64,000 nucleotides of DNA. It comes from a virus. Location of the stretch: the IMG/VR virus record IMGVR_UViG_3300033752_000289. The stretch is one strand, 5' to 3'. Shown here one piece after another: positions 44,133 through 53,050 of this stretch (position 1 is its first letter; every line of letters starts with the position of its first letter). The translations under genes and the position numbers were made by a program. The notes beneath the pieces were generated by a model, which saw nothing but the letters and a program-made list of their open reading frames with translations, had not been told where the DNA came from and made no database searches.

Positions 44133-47100
44133 ATGAGCAGGAAGCAGCAGGCTAGGTCGCCGCGACCGGTACCTCGCCCGCAACGGGGTGATCCCGTGAA
44201 GCTCGTGCCGTTCGACCGGGTGCCCCGTCTCGTCGAGCCGCCGATCAACCAGTGGGTGTGCGAGGACACCGTACGGGAGCTTCGCGGCCTACCGCCGCGG
44301 GTGCTTCCGACCCGACCCGTGCCGTCCGGCGTCCAGTTCACCTGGCTCGACGGGCTCGCCGGCGCCGGCGGGTCCACCGGCGGCATCCACCAAGTGCCCG
44401 GCCAGCACGTCCAGATGGCCATCAACCACTGGCCGCTCGCTGTCGAGACGCACAACCACAACTTCCCGCTGACGGACCACGACGTCGCCAACATCGCCCG
44501 GCCGGACCCGCGCCGCTACCCACGCACCGACCTCGCCTGGTTCAGCCCGGAGTGCTTCCCGGCCGGGACCACGGTGCTTACGGCCCGTGGCGTCATCCCG
44601 ATCGAACAGGTTCGCGTCGGGGACCTGGTGCTCACCCACCGTCTCCGCTGGCAGCCCGTCACCGCGGTGATGCGTAAGACCGCACCCACCATCAAGGTCA
44701 CCGGGTACGGTCACCCAGGAATCGAGGTCACCGCGGACCATCCGTTCTACGTCCGTACTGCGGCCCGCGAGTGGAACAATGACCGGCGCGCGTACGGCCG
44801 CGTGGTCCGGGATCATCCGGCATGGGTTCGTGCCGGTGACCTCGTGCCCCGTCCGGTCGGGCAGAACAACCGCCGCCCGGAAAGCCACATGTGGGCATCG
44901 CCCTTGGCCTACCCGCACGTCCTGCCGATCCCGGCTGTTGGGGGTCGGGGCATGGATCAGACCCGCGAGGACTTCTGGTGGCTGGTCGGTCGGTGGCTCG
45001 GCGATGGAAGCGTCCGGCTTCGTGACCGGTCGTCGGAGGTCACCATCGCCTGCGGGAATCACGAAGCAGACGAGCTCGAGGCCCGGCTCAAGGCGTGGGC
45101 ACCAACCGGTGAGCGCGCGGGGCACGACGAGCTTCGCTGGCGCCGTCGACGGGTACGGACCGCCACCTTGTTTGAGACCGGCTTCGACGAGTTCGCCCGG
45201 TGGCTGGTCGAGCACTTCGGTCGTCACGCCAGTGGCAAGCGGATGCCCGCATGGGCACTGACGATGCCCGAGGCGTATCGGCGCGCGCTGCTCGACGGCT
45301 ACGCCTCGGCGGACGGGCAGCTGGCCGAGATGTCGGAGCAGCGCCCTGTGATCGCCTGCACCACCATCTCCCGACCGCTCGCGGTAGGTGTCCGCCTGCT
45401 CGCGCTATCGCTCGGCTTCAAGGTGTCGATGACGGTGGGCAAACGGACAGCGGGAGTGATCGAGGGCCGGCCCGTCAAGATGCGGCCGCTCTGGCAGGTC
45501 CGCTGGTGCATTGACCCGTCTCCTGCCCACGACCAGACGGTTGCCGAGGACGGCTTGCGTTGGTCACCGGTGACCGCGGTCAGCGCCGGACGGGAGCAGG
45601 TCGAGGTATTCAACCTCTCGGTCGCCGAGGACGAGTCCTATGTGGCCGACGGGCTGATCGTCCACAACTGCACGCACTGGAGCATCGCCCGCGGCGAGAA
45701 GGTCGACTACGACAGCGAATGGGAGCAGCCCGCGCTCGACGCCGTGCTCGAGGACGAGGACGACACCCCGGCGGCGAAGGAGGCCCGCTGGCGGTCCCGG
45801 ATGCTCATGTCCGACGTCATTCGGTTCAGCGCCGTGCACCGGTATCGCGGGGTGATCGTCGAGAACGTGCCCGACATCCTGCGGTGGTGGGCGTTCGACC
45901 GGTGGCTCGCCGAGATGCACAAGCTCGGCTACCGGTCGAAGGTCATCCACCTCAACTCAGCGTTCGCCATGGCGCTCGGAGCGCCGGCCCCGCAGCTGCG
46001 CAACCGGGTCTACATCGTCTTCTGGCAGAAGCGGTACCGCACCCCGAACTGGCGGAAGTGGCTGTCCCCGCTCGCCTGGTGCCCCACCTGCCGGGAGGTG
46101 GTCCGCGGCGTCTATAGCCCGAAGCCGGGCCCGCGCCGACCGATGCTCTACGGTGTGCGGCACCAGTACGTGTACCGGTGCCCCAACACCAGCTGCCGGC
46201 ACGCCATCGTCCAGCCGTATGTGCTGCCCGCGCTCGCCGCGATTGACTTCTCGCTGCCGGCGCAACGCATCGGCGACCGCAAGCGGCCGCTGCAGCCAGC
46301 CACCCGCGCCCGGATCGAGGCCGGGCTACGCCGGTACGCCACCCGGCCGGTGGCACCCGTCTCGAGCCCGTCGGTGTGCCCGCCGCTGCTCGTCCCCGCC
46401 GGGGGATCTCGCCGCAGCCGGGGCGACCGCGGGGCGGCGCCGGCCACTGTGCCGATGGCGACCCGTGATCTCGATGAGCCGCTCGCGACGGTGGTGGCCG
46501 ACGGGTCATCAGGGAACGCCCTGGTCGTACCGGTCGAGGCCCGCGACGGGCAGACCGCGCGGCCGGTCACCCAGCCGCTGCGCACACAGACCGGCCGGCA
46601 CCAGGACGCGCTCGTCGTCCCCCTGCGCCGTCACGCCGTCCCTACCCAGGCCAGCGAGCACCCGCTCGTAACCCTGGCCGCCGGCGGCACGCACCACGCC
46701 CTCGTGATGCGCAACATGACCGCGCGCGGGGACCAGGGGCAGATGTGCACGCCGGTCATTGAGCCGCTGCGCACGTTCCTCGCCGAGGGCGGCAAGCAGT
46801 CACTCATCCAGTTGCCCGGCGACGGTCACCTGCTCTACTCGTACGACTCAGGCGCGCTGCGGCCGCTCGTCGAGCCGCTCGCCACCCAGACCACCGTCGA
46901 GGGCGAGGCGCTAGTCGGCCAGCTGGCGGTCGACGTGGACGACTGCACGCTGCGGATGCTCGCCGTCCACGAGATCCAGGCCGGCATGGCGTTCCCGGAC
47001 GGCTTCCGGTGGCTCGAATCCGCGAAGCGGGACCGGGTGCGGATGCTCGGCAACGCCGTCACCCCACCGGCCGCGCGGGACCTGGCCGCCGCACTCGTCG

Positions 47101-47150
47101 AGGCCATCAGCGAAGAAGAGATCGAACTCACGGGATGGGCAGGGTGCTGA
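44133..47150 (+). CDS. DNA (cytosine-5) methyltransferase interrupted by a 372-aa intein
   Basis: Motif I LDGLAGAGG. Motif IV FSPE|C..THWS is split by the intein. Motif VI VIVENVPD. Motif X LGNAVTPP. Confidence 0.9.
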   Translation: MSRKQQARSPRPVPRPQRGDPVKLVPFDRVPRLVEPPINQWVCEDTVRELRGLPPRVLPTRPVPSGVQFTWLDGLAGAGGSTGGIHQVPGQHVQMAINHWPLAVETHNHNFPLTDHDVANIARPDPRRYPRTDLAWFSPECFPAGTTVLTARGVIPIEQVRVGDLVLTHRLRWQPVTAVMRKTAPTIKVTGYGHPGIEVTADHPFYVRTAAREWNNDRRAYGRVVRDHPAWVRAGDLVPRPVGQNNRRPESHMWASPLAYPHVLPIPAVGGRGMDQTREDFWWLVGRWLGDGSVRLRDRSSEVTIACGNHEADELEARLKAWAPTGERAGHDELRWRRRRVRTATLFETGFDEFARWLVEHFGRHASGKRMPAWALTMPEAYRRALLDGYASADGQLAEMSEQRPVIACTTISRPLAVGVRLLALSLGFKVSMTVGKRTAGVIEGRPVKMRPLWQVRWCIDPSPAHDQTVAEDGLRWSPVTAVSAGREQVEVFNLSVAEDESYVADGLIVHNCTHWSIARGEKVDYDSEWEQPALDAVLEDEDDTPAAKEARWRSRMLMSDVIRFSAVHRYRGVIVENVPDILRWWAFDRWLAEMHKLGYRSKVIHLNSAFAMALGAPAPQLRNRVYIVFWQKRYRTPNWRKWLSPLAWCPTCREVVRGVYSPKPGPRRPMLYGVRHQYVYRCPNTSCRHAIVQPYVLPALAAIDFSLPAQRIGDRKRPLQPATRARIEAGLRRYATRPVAPVSSPSVCPPLLVPAGGSRRSRGDRGAAPATVPMATRDLDEPLATVVADGSSGNALVVPVEARDGQTARPVTQPLRTQTGRHQDALVVPLRRHAVPTQASEHPLVTLAAGGTHHALVMRNMTARGDQGQMCTPVIEPLRTFLAEGGKQSLIQLPGDGHLLYSYDSGALRPLVEPLATQTTVEGEALVGQLAVDVDDCTLRMLAVHEIQAGMAFPDGFRWLESAKRDRVRMLGNAVTPPAARDLAAALVEAISEEEIELTGWAGC
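44553..45668 (+). mobile_element. intein inserted immediately before the catalytic Cys of the methyltransferase, with a LAGLIDADG endonuclease domain
   Basis: CFPAGTTVL...GLIVHN followed by the +1 Cys of SPEC-THWS. WLVGRWLGDGSV and LLDGYASADG blocks. Residues 141-512 by my count. Confidence 0.85.
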
Positions 47151-47166
47151 GGGGAGAGTAGCCATG
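47136..47166 (+). repeat. 31-nt direct repeat, copy 1 (end of the methyltransferase gene + RBS + ATG)
   Basis: tgggcAgggtgctgaggggagaGtagccatg. Confidence 0.8.
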
Positions 47167-47709
47167 ACGCGACGCCGTTGGGGGAAGGCCGGGGTACGGC
47201 TGACCGACGAGGAGATCCGGCGCCGCGGTTACCAGCGCGCCCTCGCCAGGCAGACCTTCGAGCGGAACCTCGAGGAAGCGCGGAAGCTGTGGGCGGCCGG
47301 TCAGGTCAAGCCGTACCGGATCACCCGGGCGCTCAATCTCCGGGGCCTGTACGGACCGGAGGTCGACGAAGCCTGCGGCGCGAAGGAGCCCGACGTCGAC
47401 ATGTGGGAGGCCGGCACCCTGTACCCGACGTGGGAGCAGCTGGTGAAGCTGGCCAAGCTCACCGGGTTCACGCCGCGGTTCTTCGTCACGTCGTGGCATG
47501 GCGACTTCCAGCCTCTGCGGACCAGCCTGCGGTTCCACGGCTACCCGGAAGAAGACCAGGAACCGCTCATCACCGAGTACCCGCCCGAGGTGTGGCGCCG
47601 CACGGTCGATCAGGAGGGCCTCGAGACCACCGCAGAGCTGCGGGCCGAAGTGGAAAGGCTCCGCAGGGCCCTATATGAGCTGCGCCTGTTGGACGGAGGC
47701 TCACGATGA
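47164..47709 (+). CDS. HTH (XRE-like) DNA-binding protein
   Basis: ITRALNLRGLYGPEVDEACGAKEPDVDMWEAGTLYPTWEQLVKLAKLTGF. Confidence 0.55.
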   Translation: MTRRRWGKAGVRLTDEEIRRRGYQRALARQTFERNLEEARKLWAAGQVKPYRITRALNLRGLYGPEVDEACGAKEPDVDMWEAGTLYPTWEQLVKLAKLTGFTPRFFVTSWHGDFQPLRTSLRFHGYPEEDQEPLITEYPPEVWRRTVDQEGLETTAELRAEVERLRRALYELRLLDGGSR

Positions 47710-47993
47710 AGACCGTGCTGGTTGCCGCGGTGGCCGAGGCTCTCGCGGCGCTCGAGGCGGTGGAGCAGTTGCATCGCCCCAAAGACGGGTGGGAGCTGGA
47801 GTGGAAGAAGCCCGAGGAGGCGCTCGCCGAGGGCTGGCCGTTCTGCGAGGGCTGCACCCACGCCACACCGAGGAGATATTCCCGCCGGGGTCGACCGGCT
47901 GCGCATCACCAGTCTTCGCCTGCCCTCGTCACCCGGGTTAGGCAGACCCGCTTGCGCGCCCCGGCGGGGAGAGCCAGTCTACACCGGGGGTGA
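47706..47993 (+). CDS. hypothetical protein; only the first 50-60 codons look genuine, the 3' part is doubtful
   Basis: ATGA overlap. The sequence after WPFCEGCTH becomes Arg/Pro-rich, and GC3 falls in all frames. Confidence 0.3.
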   Translation: MKTVLVAAVAEALAALEAVEQLHRPKDGWELEWKKPEEALAEGWPFCEGCTHATPRRYSRRGRPAAHHQSSPALVTRVRQTRLRAPAGRASLHRG

Positions 47994-48093
47994 CAGCGAC
48001 CGACGCCGGTCGGGGGAGCGATACGTGTCCTCGCCACCATCGACCCACGTCGGTGTATCGAGGTCGTTGACACCATCAAGGCGGGCCTTGTAC

Positions 48094-48124
48094 TGGGCCG
48101 GGTGCTGAGGGGAGATTAGCCATG
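48094..48124 (+). repeat. 31-nt direct repeat, copy 2 (its ATG is followed at once by TGA)
   Basis: tgggcCgggtgctgaggggagaTtagccatg. 29/31 identical to copy 1. Confidence 0.8.
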
Positions 48125-48582
48125 TGACGGGCTCCGTAGGGCCGCGGAGCTACGTCGCCGCACGCGGAGGGGAGCAGTGGCGTGAGGCATTCCTGGAGGC
48201 GCCTCGGCGGGTCCGAGTCGCAGTGTCGACGATGCAGGATGCGGAAGATCGTCGTACCGCACCCGCACGCAGGCCGGTGGGTCACCCAGTGGATCACTGC
48301 GGCCGGGGAGCACCTGCCCAGCAGCGAGCATGAACCCCACCCTGTGAACCGGCGACGGCTCTACCGCGCGACGGTTCGCCCGGCGCAGCTCTCTGCGCCG
48401 GCTGGGCCCAGGTAGCTGCGGGCGTCCGGCGCCGGCGGGGAAACTTCTTGTCGGGCTGGACGGAGCAGGACTGGCGCAACGTGGGAGTCGAGCCAGAGGA
48501 CGGGGACGAGGCCGCCGCTGCCGGTCAGCCGGGGGAGTGAGGCCGTTCGCGGATTGTCCGCCCACCCGGTATCATTGATGTG

Positions 48583-48601
48583 TGCGGGCGAGCGACCCGC
48601 A
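48583..48601 (+). promoter_or_regulatory. PH element copy
   Basis: TATCAT at 48570-48575. ATG at 48617. Confidence 0.75.
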
Positions 48602-48616
48602 TGGAATGGAGGGGAC

Positions 48617-49180
48617 ATGGGCTACAAGACCTACCTCGACGGCTCGGTGCAGATCGACCCGCCGATCCCCAGCGAGCTGGTCAGGGCCAGCCGGTTCCAT
48701 CCCAACGGCGACCTGTACGGGACGCAGCTTGCGTTCGTCCTCGACGGGGCCGGCAACGCCGTCAGGATCGCGGCTCGCCGCTACGACGAGGAGAACGCGG
48801 ACGCGGATCGCGTGGTCGACGAGCTGCGGGAAATCATCGGGGCGTACCCGCATCACCGGTTGACGGGGCACCTGTTGGGCGTGGGCGAAGATCCGGGTGA
48901 CATGTGGCGCGTGGATCTGGTGGATGGCGAGCCCTACGCCCACAACGCCGAGATCTGCTGGCCGGACGCTCCGACCGGCCCCGAAGGCGGCCGGCTGCTT
49001 GAGCGGATCATCAACCAGCTCTACGACGCGAACCGTCACCGGACCGCGACCAGTCTCGACGACGCCCTTCTGCAGGCCGGTCTGGTGTGGCGCTGCGGCG
49101 AGTGTGACTGCCTGACGCCGCGGCACATCACCTGGTGTGACGGGTGCGGGAAGGAGCGGCCGGAGCCGGCGCAGAGCTGA
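48617..49180 (+). CDS. hypothetical protein with a C-terminal CxxC..CxxC zinc ribbon
   Basis: ATG 15 nt after the PH hairpin. CGECDC...WCDGCG. Confidence 0.6.
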   Translation: MGYKTYLDGSVQIDPPIPSELVRASRFHPNGDLYGTQLAFVLDGAGNAVRIAARRYDEENADADRVVDELREIIGAYPHHRLTGHLLGVGEDPGDMWRVDLVDGEPYAHNAEICWPDAPTGPEGGRLLERIINQLYDANRHRTATSLDDALLQAGLVWRCGECDCLTPRHITWCDGCGKERPEPAQS

Positions 49181-49193
49181 CCGTCGCGACGGT

Positions 49194-49225
49194 ACGGGCC
49201 ACCAGCTTGCAGGCTGGTGGCCCGT
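49194..49225 (+). terminator. hairpin terminator, 13-bp stem plus TCTTCGTGTG
   Basis: acgggccaccagc ttgcag gctggtggcccgt. Confidence 0.6.
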
Positions 49226-49280
49226 TCTTCGTGTGGGGGCGGAGTTGCGATGGCTGATCTTCCATGCTACTATTTGTGTG

Positions 49281-49299
49281 TGCGGGTGAGCGACCCGCA
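49281..49299 (+). promoter_or_regulatory. PH element copy
   Basis: TGcTACTAT at 49265-49273. ATG at 49319. Confidence 0.75.
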
Positions 49300-49318
49300 C
49301 AGGAAGGAGAGGCCCACG

Positions 49319-50167
49319 ATGACCACCTACACCAAGCACGCCGTCGGCCGTTGCCCCAACTGCGGATTCGGCATCGCCGCGATGGGCGCCACCTCGATCA
49401 GCTGCCCGAACTGTGGCGAGCGCGTCCGGCTTCGCTTCGTCGCCGTCCTGGCCTGGAACGGCAACCAGCTGTGCGACGACCGGTGCATGTACGCGACATC
49501 GAACACCTGCAGCTGCCGGTGCGACGGTGAGAACCACGGCGCCGGCTACCTCGGCATCGACACCGTGCCGCAGTGGGTGCGGGAGCGCGACGCCAAGGCC
49601 GCCGAGCAGCGCAAGCGGCGGGCCGAGGAGCGGAAGGCCCGCGAGGCGAAGAAGGCCGCGGACGCCCGCGACGAGATCCTCGCCGCCCACCCGCTCCTCC
49701 GCGAGCTGGCGAACGACGAGATCGCCTTCAAGTCGGACTTCCTGCTCGACATGCGGCGGGTGCTCGAGACGGGCCGGATGACCGAGCGGCAGATCGCCGC
49801 CGCCGAGAAGGTCATCACCGAGATCCGGCGGCGCGAGGAGGAGCGGGCCGCCCGGGAGCGCCGCCAGGCCGAGCTCCGCGCCGCTGGCGTGACCGTCCCG
49901 ACCGGTCGGCGCACCTTCACCGGCACCGTCATCGCGGTCCGGAGCGAGCCGAGCCGGTTCCGGAACGGTGACGAGCACCGGATGCTCGTCGAGGCCGCCG
50001 AGGGCTGGCGGGCGTGGGGCACGGTCCCCCGGTCCCTGCGCACCGCGGTCGAGACGCCGCGGGAGCTCATCGGCCGGAAGGTGGAGGTGACCGCCACCAT
50101 CGAGCGCCGCACGGAGGACTCCCTGTTCGGGATCATGCGGCGGCCGATTGCCCAGCTGATGGGCTGA
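49319..50167 (+). CDS. zinc-ribbon plus coiled-coil protein
   Basis: CPNCG..CPNCG and CSCRCDGENH, then a charged helical region. PH element upstream. Confidence 0.6.
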   Translation: MTTYTKHAVGRCPNCGFGIAAMGATSISCPNCGERVRLRFVAVLAWNGNQLCDDRCMYATSNTCSCRCDGENHGAGYLGIDTVPQWVRERDAKAAEQRKRRAEERKAREAKKAADARDEILAAHPLLRELANDEIAFKSDFLLDMRRVLETGRMTERQIAAAEKVITEIRRREEERAARERRQAELRAAGVTVPTGRRTFTGTVIAVRSEPSRFRNGDEHRMLVEAAEGWRAWGTVPRSLRTAVETPRELIGRKVEVTATIERRTEDSLFGIMRRPIAQLMG

Positions 50168-50176
50168 CAGAACTGA

Positions 50177-50206
50177 GACGGCCCACCCCACAGCGGGTGG
50201 GCCGTC
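50177..50206 (+). terminator. hairpin terminator, 12-bp stem
   Basis: gacggcccaccc cacagc gggtgggccgtc. Abuts the TGgTATCAT box. Confidence 0.6.
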
Positions 50207-50222
50207 TGGTATCATAGTTGTG

Positions 50223-50241
50223 TGCGGGCGGGCGACCCGCA
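50223..50241 (+). promoter_or_regulatory. PH element copy (loop variant GGGCG)
   Basis: TGgTATCAT at 50207-50215. GTG at 50258. Confidence 0.7.
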
Positions 50242-50257
50242 CGGGAGGGAGAAGATC

Positions 50258-50698
50258 GTGACTCTCGAGTACGTCCAGACCGAGCCCGAGCCCACGACCA
50301 CCTGGGACGGGACGATCGCCACCATCACCGGTGTCCGGTACGTGTGGTTCGGCCATTGCTCCTGGTGCCGGAAGGCGATCGAGGTCTGGTCCGACGGCGG
50401 CACCGTTCGCGTCGGCATCCGCGAGAGCGGGCGGACCGTCCGGTGGTTCCGCGAGGATGAGCCGCCGTCGACTCCCTCAGCGCCGACCAAGTGCCCGCAC
50501 TGCGGTTACGAGTCCGAGCACGGCGTCTGCCGGTTTGAGCGAGTCCCTTCCTGGCTCCGGCGCACTGACGACGCGATCAGCGCGGTGTACGCCCAGCTCA
50601 GGGCGGACCACCCGGATCTGACCCATCGGGCCGACCGGGAAACCCGGGGGACGCGCTGGTGGACGCTCTACGGCGGTCGCCGCATCGCGCGGGCATAG
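50258..50698 (+). CDS. hypothetical Cys-containing protein
   Basis: GTG 16 nt after the PH hairpin, with SD GGGAGGGAG. Confidence 0.55.
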   Translation: MTLEYVQTEPEPTTTWDGTIATITGVRYVWFGHCSWCRKAIEVWSDGGTVRVGIRESGRTVRWFREDEPPSTPSAPTKCPHCGYESEHGVCRFERVPSWLRRTDDAISAVYAQLRADHPDLTHRADRETRGTRWWTLYGGRRIARA

Positions 50699-50712
50699 TC
50701 GGCGTCAATGAG

Positions 50713-50745
50713 GTGGGCCCGCCTCCCCCACCGGGGCGGGCCCAC
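50713..50745 (+). terminator. hairpin terminator, 11-bp stem
   Basis: gtgggcccgcc-N11-ggcgggcccac. Its left flank ATGAGGTGGGC recurs at 51701. Confidence 0.5.
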
Positions 50746-50810
50746 AGGGCACCGTAACCAATGAGGCACCGGCCAGGGTATCCCCTGGCTATCGGAGGGA
50801 GACCGGCACG

Positions 50811-51155
50811 ATGACCGTTCAGACCCCATCACGGCCTACCGGTGCCGCTGGTGCCACCAGTGGCACACCACCTCGTCCCGCCCCGACGACCCCCGCTCCC
50901 GCACCGCCTGACCCGAGAGGAGACCACCCGATGACCACCACCTACGGCGTCTACGCCCCGGCCCTGTACGGCCGCCGCCACGACTCCCACGCCGACGCCA
51001 GGGCCGCCCGCCTCGGCCGCAGCCTGCTCCGCTGGACGGTCTACAGCCGCAGCGACCATGGCAGCGTCTGTGCCGTGGAGCGCGTCTCTCGCCACTGGAC
51101 CCGCCGAGCCGCCATCCAGGCCGCCGCCCGCCTCACCGAGGAGACCACCCGATGA
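50811..51155 (+). CDS. hypothetical protein
   Basis: 114-aa ORF with GGAGGGAG upstream. Confidence 0.5.
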   Translation: MTVQTPSRPTGAAGATSGTPPRPAPTTPAPAPPDPRGDHPMTTTYGVYAPALYGRRHDSHADARAARLGRSLLRWTVYSRSDHGSVCAVERVSRHWTRRAAIQAAARLTEETTR

Positions 51156-51475
51156 CCACCGACCCGACCAAGCCGCACATGACCACCTCGCCCACTATCG
51201 GCACCCAGCAGGCGCGCACCGCCCTGGACGCCCTGATCACCCAGCATCGGCTACCCGCACCCCTGTACGTGGACCTCAGCCCCCACCACCTCGGGGTGAC
51301 GGCATGGGCCCGGCTCGCGTCAGCGGAGCACGTCGCACCATGGGCGGCCGCGCTATCAGTCGCCGTACGCGCGGGCCACAACACGGACACCGGAGCATGG
51401 ACGCTGGACCTCGACCGCGCGGCCCTGGCGGAGGGCATCGACGTCTACTGCTACTGGGACGGCTCCGATGCCTGA
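51152..51475 (+). CDS. hypothetical protein
   Basis: ATGA overlap with the previous gene. Confidence 0.5.
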   Translation: MTTDPTKPHMTTSPTIGTQQARTALDALITQHRLPAPLYVDLSPHHLGVTAWARLASAEHVAPWAAALSVAVRAGHNTDTGAWTLDLDRAALAEGIDVYCYWDGSDA

Positions 51476-51681
51476 CGCCCGCGAGCGGCTGCGCACCCTG
51501 CGGGAGGCCGCGCAGATCGTCGCCGATGCCCTCGACGCCGAGGTCGCGCGGATGGCGCTCAAGTGCGCCGACCTGCGCGACGTGCGTCGACGGCCCCAAG
51601 TGGGTCGCCTGGGCGTGGGGTCCCACTGGCGAGGCTGACGATACCGTCGCAGTCTCGGAGGCCGATCTGGCGTCCGCCTGA
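51468..51681 (+). pseudogene. small gene with an apparent 1-nt insertion in a C4 run
   Basis: MPDARERLRTLREAAQIVADALDAEVARMALKCADLRDVRRRP, then after dropping one C at 51594-51597, KWVAWAWGPTGEADDTVAVSEADLASA. Confidence 0.4.
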
Positions 51682-51753
51682 ACGGGACCGCATCAATCAT
51701 GAGGTGGGCTCGCCCCTACCCAGGGCGGGCCTTCTTCATGTACACTTCTTGTG

Positions 51754-51772
51754 TGCGGGTGAGCGACCCGCA
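51754..51772 (+). promoter_or_regulatory. PH element copy
   Basis: TACACT at 51741-51746. ATG at 51791. Confidence 0.7.
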
Positions 51773-51790
51773 TAGAAGGGAAGTGCCACC

Positions 51791-52174
51791 ATGGATCAAT
51801 CATTCCTGACCCCCTACGCCGTACCGGTCTGGAAGATCCCGGCGCCGTCGGTCTGGCAGATCCTGGAACAGCCGGCCTGGCAGATCTGGACGCCGGAGCG
51901 GGCCCTCGAGGTCGAGCTCGAGGGAGTGCTCAAGCGGGACGACCGCTTCGAGCTTCACCGCAGCGGCCGGGCCCTGGTCTTCCACGGGAACCACGCCATC
52001 GGCTACGTCGACATCGACGTCCGGTCGAACGGGTTCCTCGGGACCGTGCAGAGCGTGCCGGGGGTCGGTCCTGTCGAGCAGGCACGGTTCGCCCGGGCCC
52101 GGCTCGCGCAGGACTGGGTGGCAGAGCAGGTCGTCACCTGGGCCAAGCGGCACGGGCCGCAGCGGCTGAGGTAG
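51791..52174 (+). CDS. hypothetical protein
   Basis: ATG 18 nt after the PH hairpin. Confidence 0.6.
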   Translation: MDQSFLTPYAVPVWKIPAPSVWQILEQPAWQIWTPERALEVELEGVLKRDDRFELHRSGRALVFHGNHAIGYVDIDVRSNGFLGTVQSVPGVGPVEQARFARARLAQDWVAEQVVTWAKRHGPQRLR

Positions 52175-52185
52175 GACCTGCAACA

Positions 52186-52220
52186 GAGGAGGCCACCGGC
52201 GTTGTGCCGGTGGCCTCCTC
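52186..52220. terminator. bidirectional terminator, 15-bp perfect stem
   Basis: gaggaggccaccggc gttgt gccggtggcctcctc, between convergent genes. Confidence 0.65.
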
Positions 52221-52240
52221 GCATTACTAGGTCGCTGGCG

Positions 52241-52411
52241 TTACCGCTCGAGGTCCGCCGCGTCGCCCTCCCAAGCCCACTTGGCCAGCGGAAGGTCGTA
52301 CCAGGACGTGGGCTGCTGGTTGCCGGTCGGCTACTCGGACTCGGTGTCCTCCGGCTCCGGGAGCGGGTTGCACTCGTAGCAGAGCTCGGGGACTAGGCAG
52401 TTGTGCGCCAT
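52241..52411 (-). pseudogene. small leftward ORF with an in-frame TAG (26 aa + stop + 29 aa)
   Basis: GGGAGGAAA lies 6 nt upstream of the ATG. Translation is MAHNCLVPELCYECNPLPEPEDTESE*PTGNQQPTSWYDLPLAKWAWEGDAADLER. GC3 stays high after the TAG. Confidence 0.35.
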
Positions 52412-52473
52412 GCTGGCGTTTCCTCCCTTCCGGTCACTCGCTCCGCGACCACCACAATGGTAACATAGGTGTG

Positions 52474-52492
52474 TGCGAGTGAGCGACCCGCA
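52474..52492 (+). promoter_or_regulatory. PH element copy
   Basis: tgcgagtgagcgacccgca, with one stem mismatch. TGgTAACAT at 52458-52466. ATG at 52509. Confidence 0.7.
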
Positions 52493-52508
52493 CGGGAGGG
52501 AGGCCGCC

Positions 52509-52973
52509 ATGCGGCTCATTCACTTCAGCAACCGATCGATCGCCAAGGTCGGGCGCCGGGCCCAGCACAGCCCCGACGACCACCTGCTGTACTGGAGCAA
52601 GCCGGAAGGGCTGTGGGTCTCGGATGAGACCAACGCCTACGGGTGGCGGGAGTGGGTGCGGGACAACCTCCCGCGTCACCGGCTCCGTGACTACCGCGTC
52701 GCGAACGAGGTCACCCTCGCCAACGACGCGAACATCCTCGTCATCTCCGACGCGGCCGGGCTCGACGCCTTCACCAATCAGTTCGGCCGGCGCGACCGGC
52801 CGACATGCTGGCTGAACTGGTCGGCGGTCGCCGAGCAGTGGCAGGGCATCGTGATCACTCCCCACATCATGGAGCGGCACGGTCACGCCAGCTGCCTCTG
52901 GTACATGGTCTGGGAGGTCGCCTCGGGCTGCATCTGGGACCCGGCAGCGATCGCATCGATCCGGCGCCTGTAG
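52509..52973 (+). CDS. hypothetical protein
   Basis: ATG 16 nt after the PH hairpin, with SD GGGAGGGAGG. Confidence 0.6.
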   Translation: MRLIHFSNRSIAKVGRRAQHSPDDHLLYWSKPEGLWVSDETNAYGWREWVRDNLPRHRLRDYRVANEVTLANDANILVISDAAGLDAFTNQFGRRDRPTCWLNWSAVAEQWQGIVITPHIMERHGHASCLWYMVWEVASGCIWDPAAIASIRRL

Positions 52974-53050
52974 CCCAGGAGCGGGGCCGCCGGCACCAGC
53001 TGGCGGCCCTTCGTCGTGCTCGGACACAAGCATCTGGTATCATTAGTGTG

